From the NCBI GenBank assembly GCA_043797665.1, contig JAZDPL010000093.1:1-13905 (forward strand): a stretch of 13,905 bases of DNA, written 5' to 3'. Both the position numbers and the translations under genes were made by a program. The notes under the pieces were generated by a model. That model was not told the origin of the DNA. It did no database searches and saw nothing but the letters and a program-made list of their open reading frames with translations. Positions within the stretch are counted from its first letter, which is position 1. Each line of letters starts with the position of its first letter. This stretch comes from Candidatus Omnitrophota bacterium. Lineage in GTDB: Bacteria > Ratteibacteria > UBA8468 > MWAK01. Of this stretch, positions 13,834-13,905 are shown piece after piece.

Positions 13834-13883
13834 GTAGGGGCTTGATTTATCAAGCCCGCGGGTCGGATAAATCCGACCCCTAC
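13834..13883. repeat. Inverted pair of GTAG-family REP sequences (REPIN/BIME-like doublet)
   Basis: Plus strand: GTAG-GGGCTTGA-TTTA-TCAAGCCC (13834-13857). Minus strand: GTAG-GGGTCGGA-TTTA-TCCGACCC (13883-13860). 2-nt spacer. Confidence 0.85.
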
Positions 13884-13905
13884 AATTTTGATTGCAAAAC
13901 AACTC

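Noticed and set aside
1..13905. CRISPR array, integrase, transposase or rRNA
   Set aside because: No regularly spaced direct repeats and no recognisable recombinase, transposase or rRNA sequence were seen.

Overview
Bacterial genomic window in three parts. (1) 1-2000: an accessory stretch downstream of a tRNA-Arg(CCT) gene. It holds a minus-strand GntR-wHTH/LacI-effector (AraR-like) regulator, a divergent disrupted URO-D/methyltransferase-like ORF remnant, and a ~230-bp highly structured cassette bounded by a duplicated tRNA 3' end and an inverted copy of the tRNA T-arm. (2) 2000-5250: housekeeping genes, namely a small hypothetical gene, a LysM/coiled-coil envelope protein, phoH, ybeY and a DgkA-PAP2 fusion. 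(3) 5340-13780: a co-directional cluster of a second GntR/LacI regulator, two tandem paralogous prepilin-type (N-methyl-Phe) H-X9-DG proteins (the second with a degenerate pilin helix), and two large paralogous glycoside-hydrolase-like proteins (one with a signal peptide, one without). It has no visible transporter and ends at a hairpin and a covarying GTAG-REP doublet. The gene content suggests a PVC-superphylum-like organism (inference only). All family assignments come from motifs recognised by eye; no searches were run.
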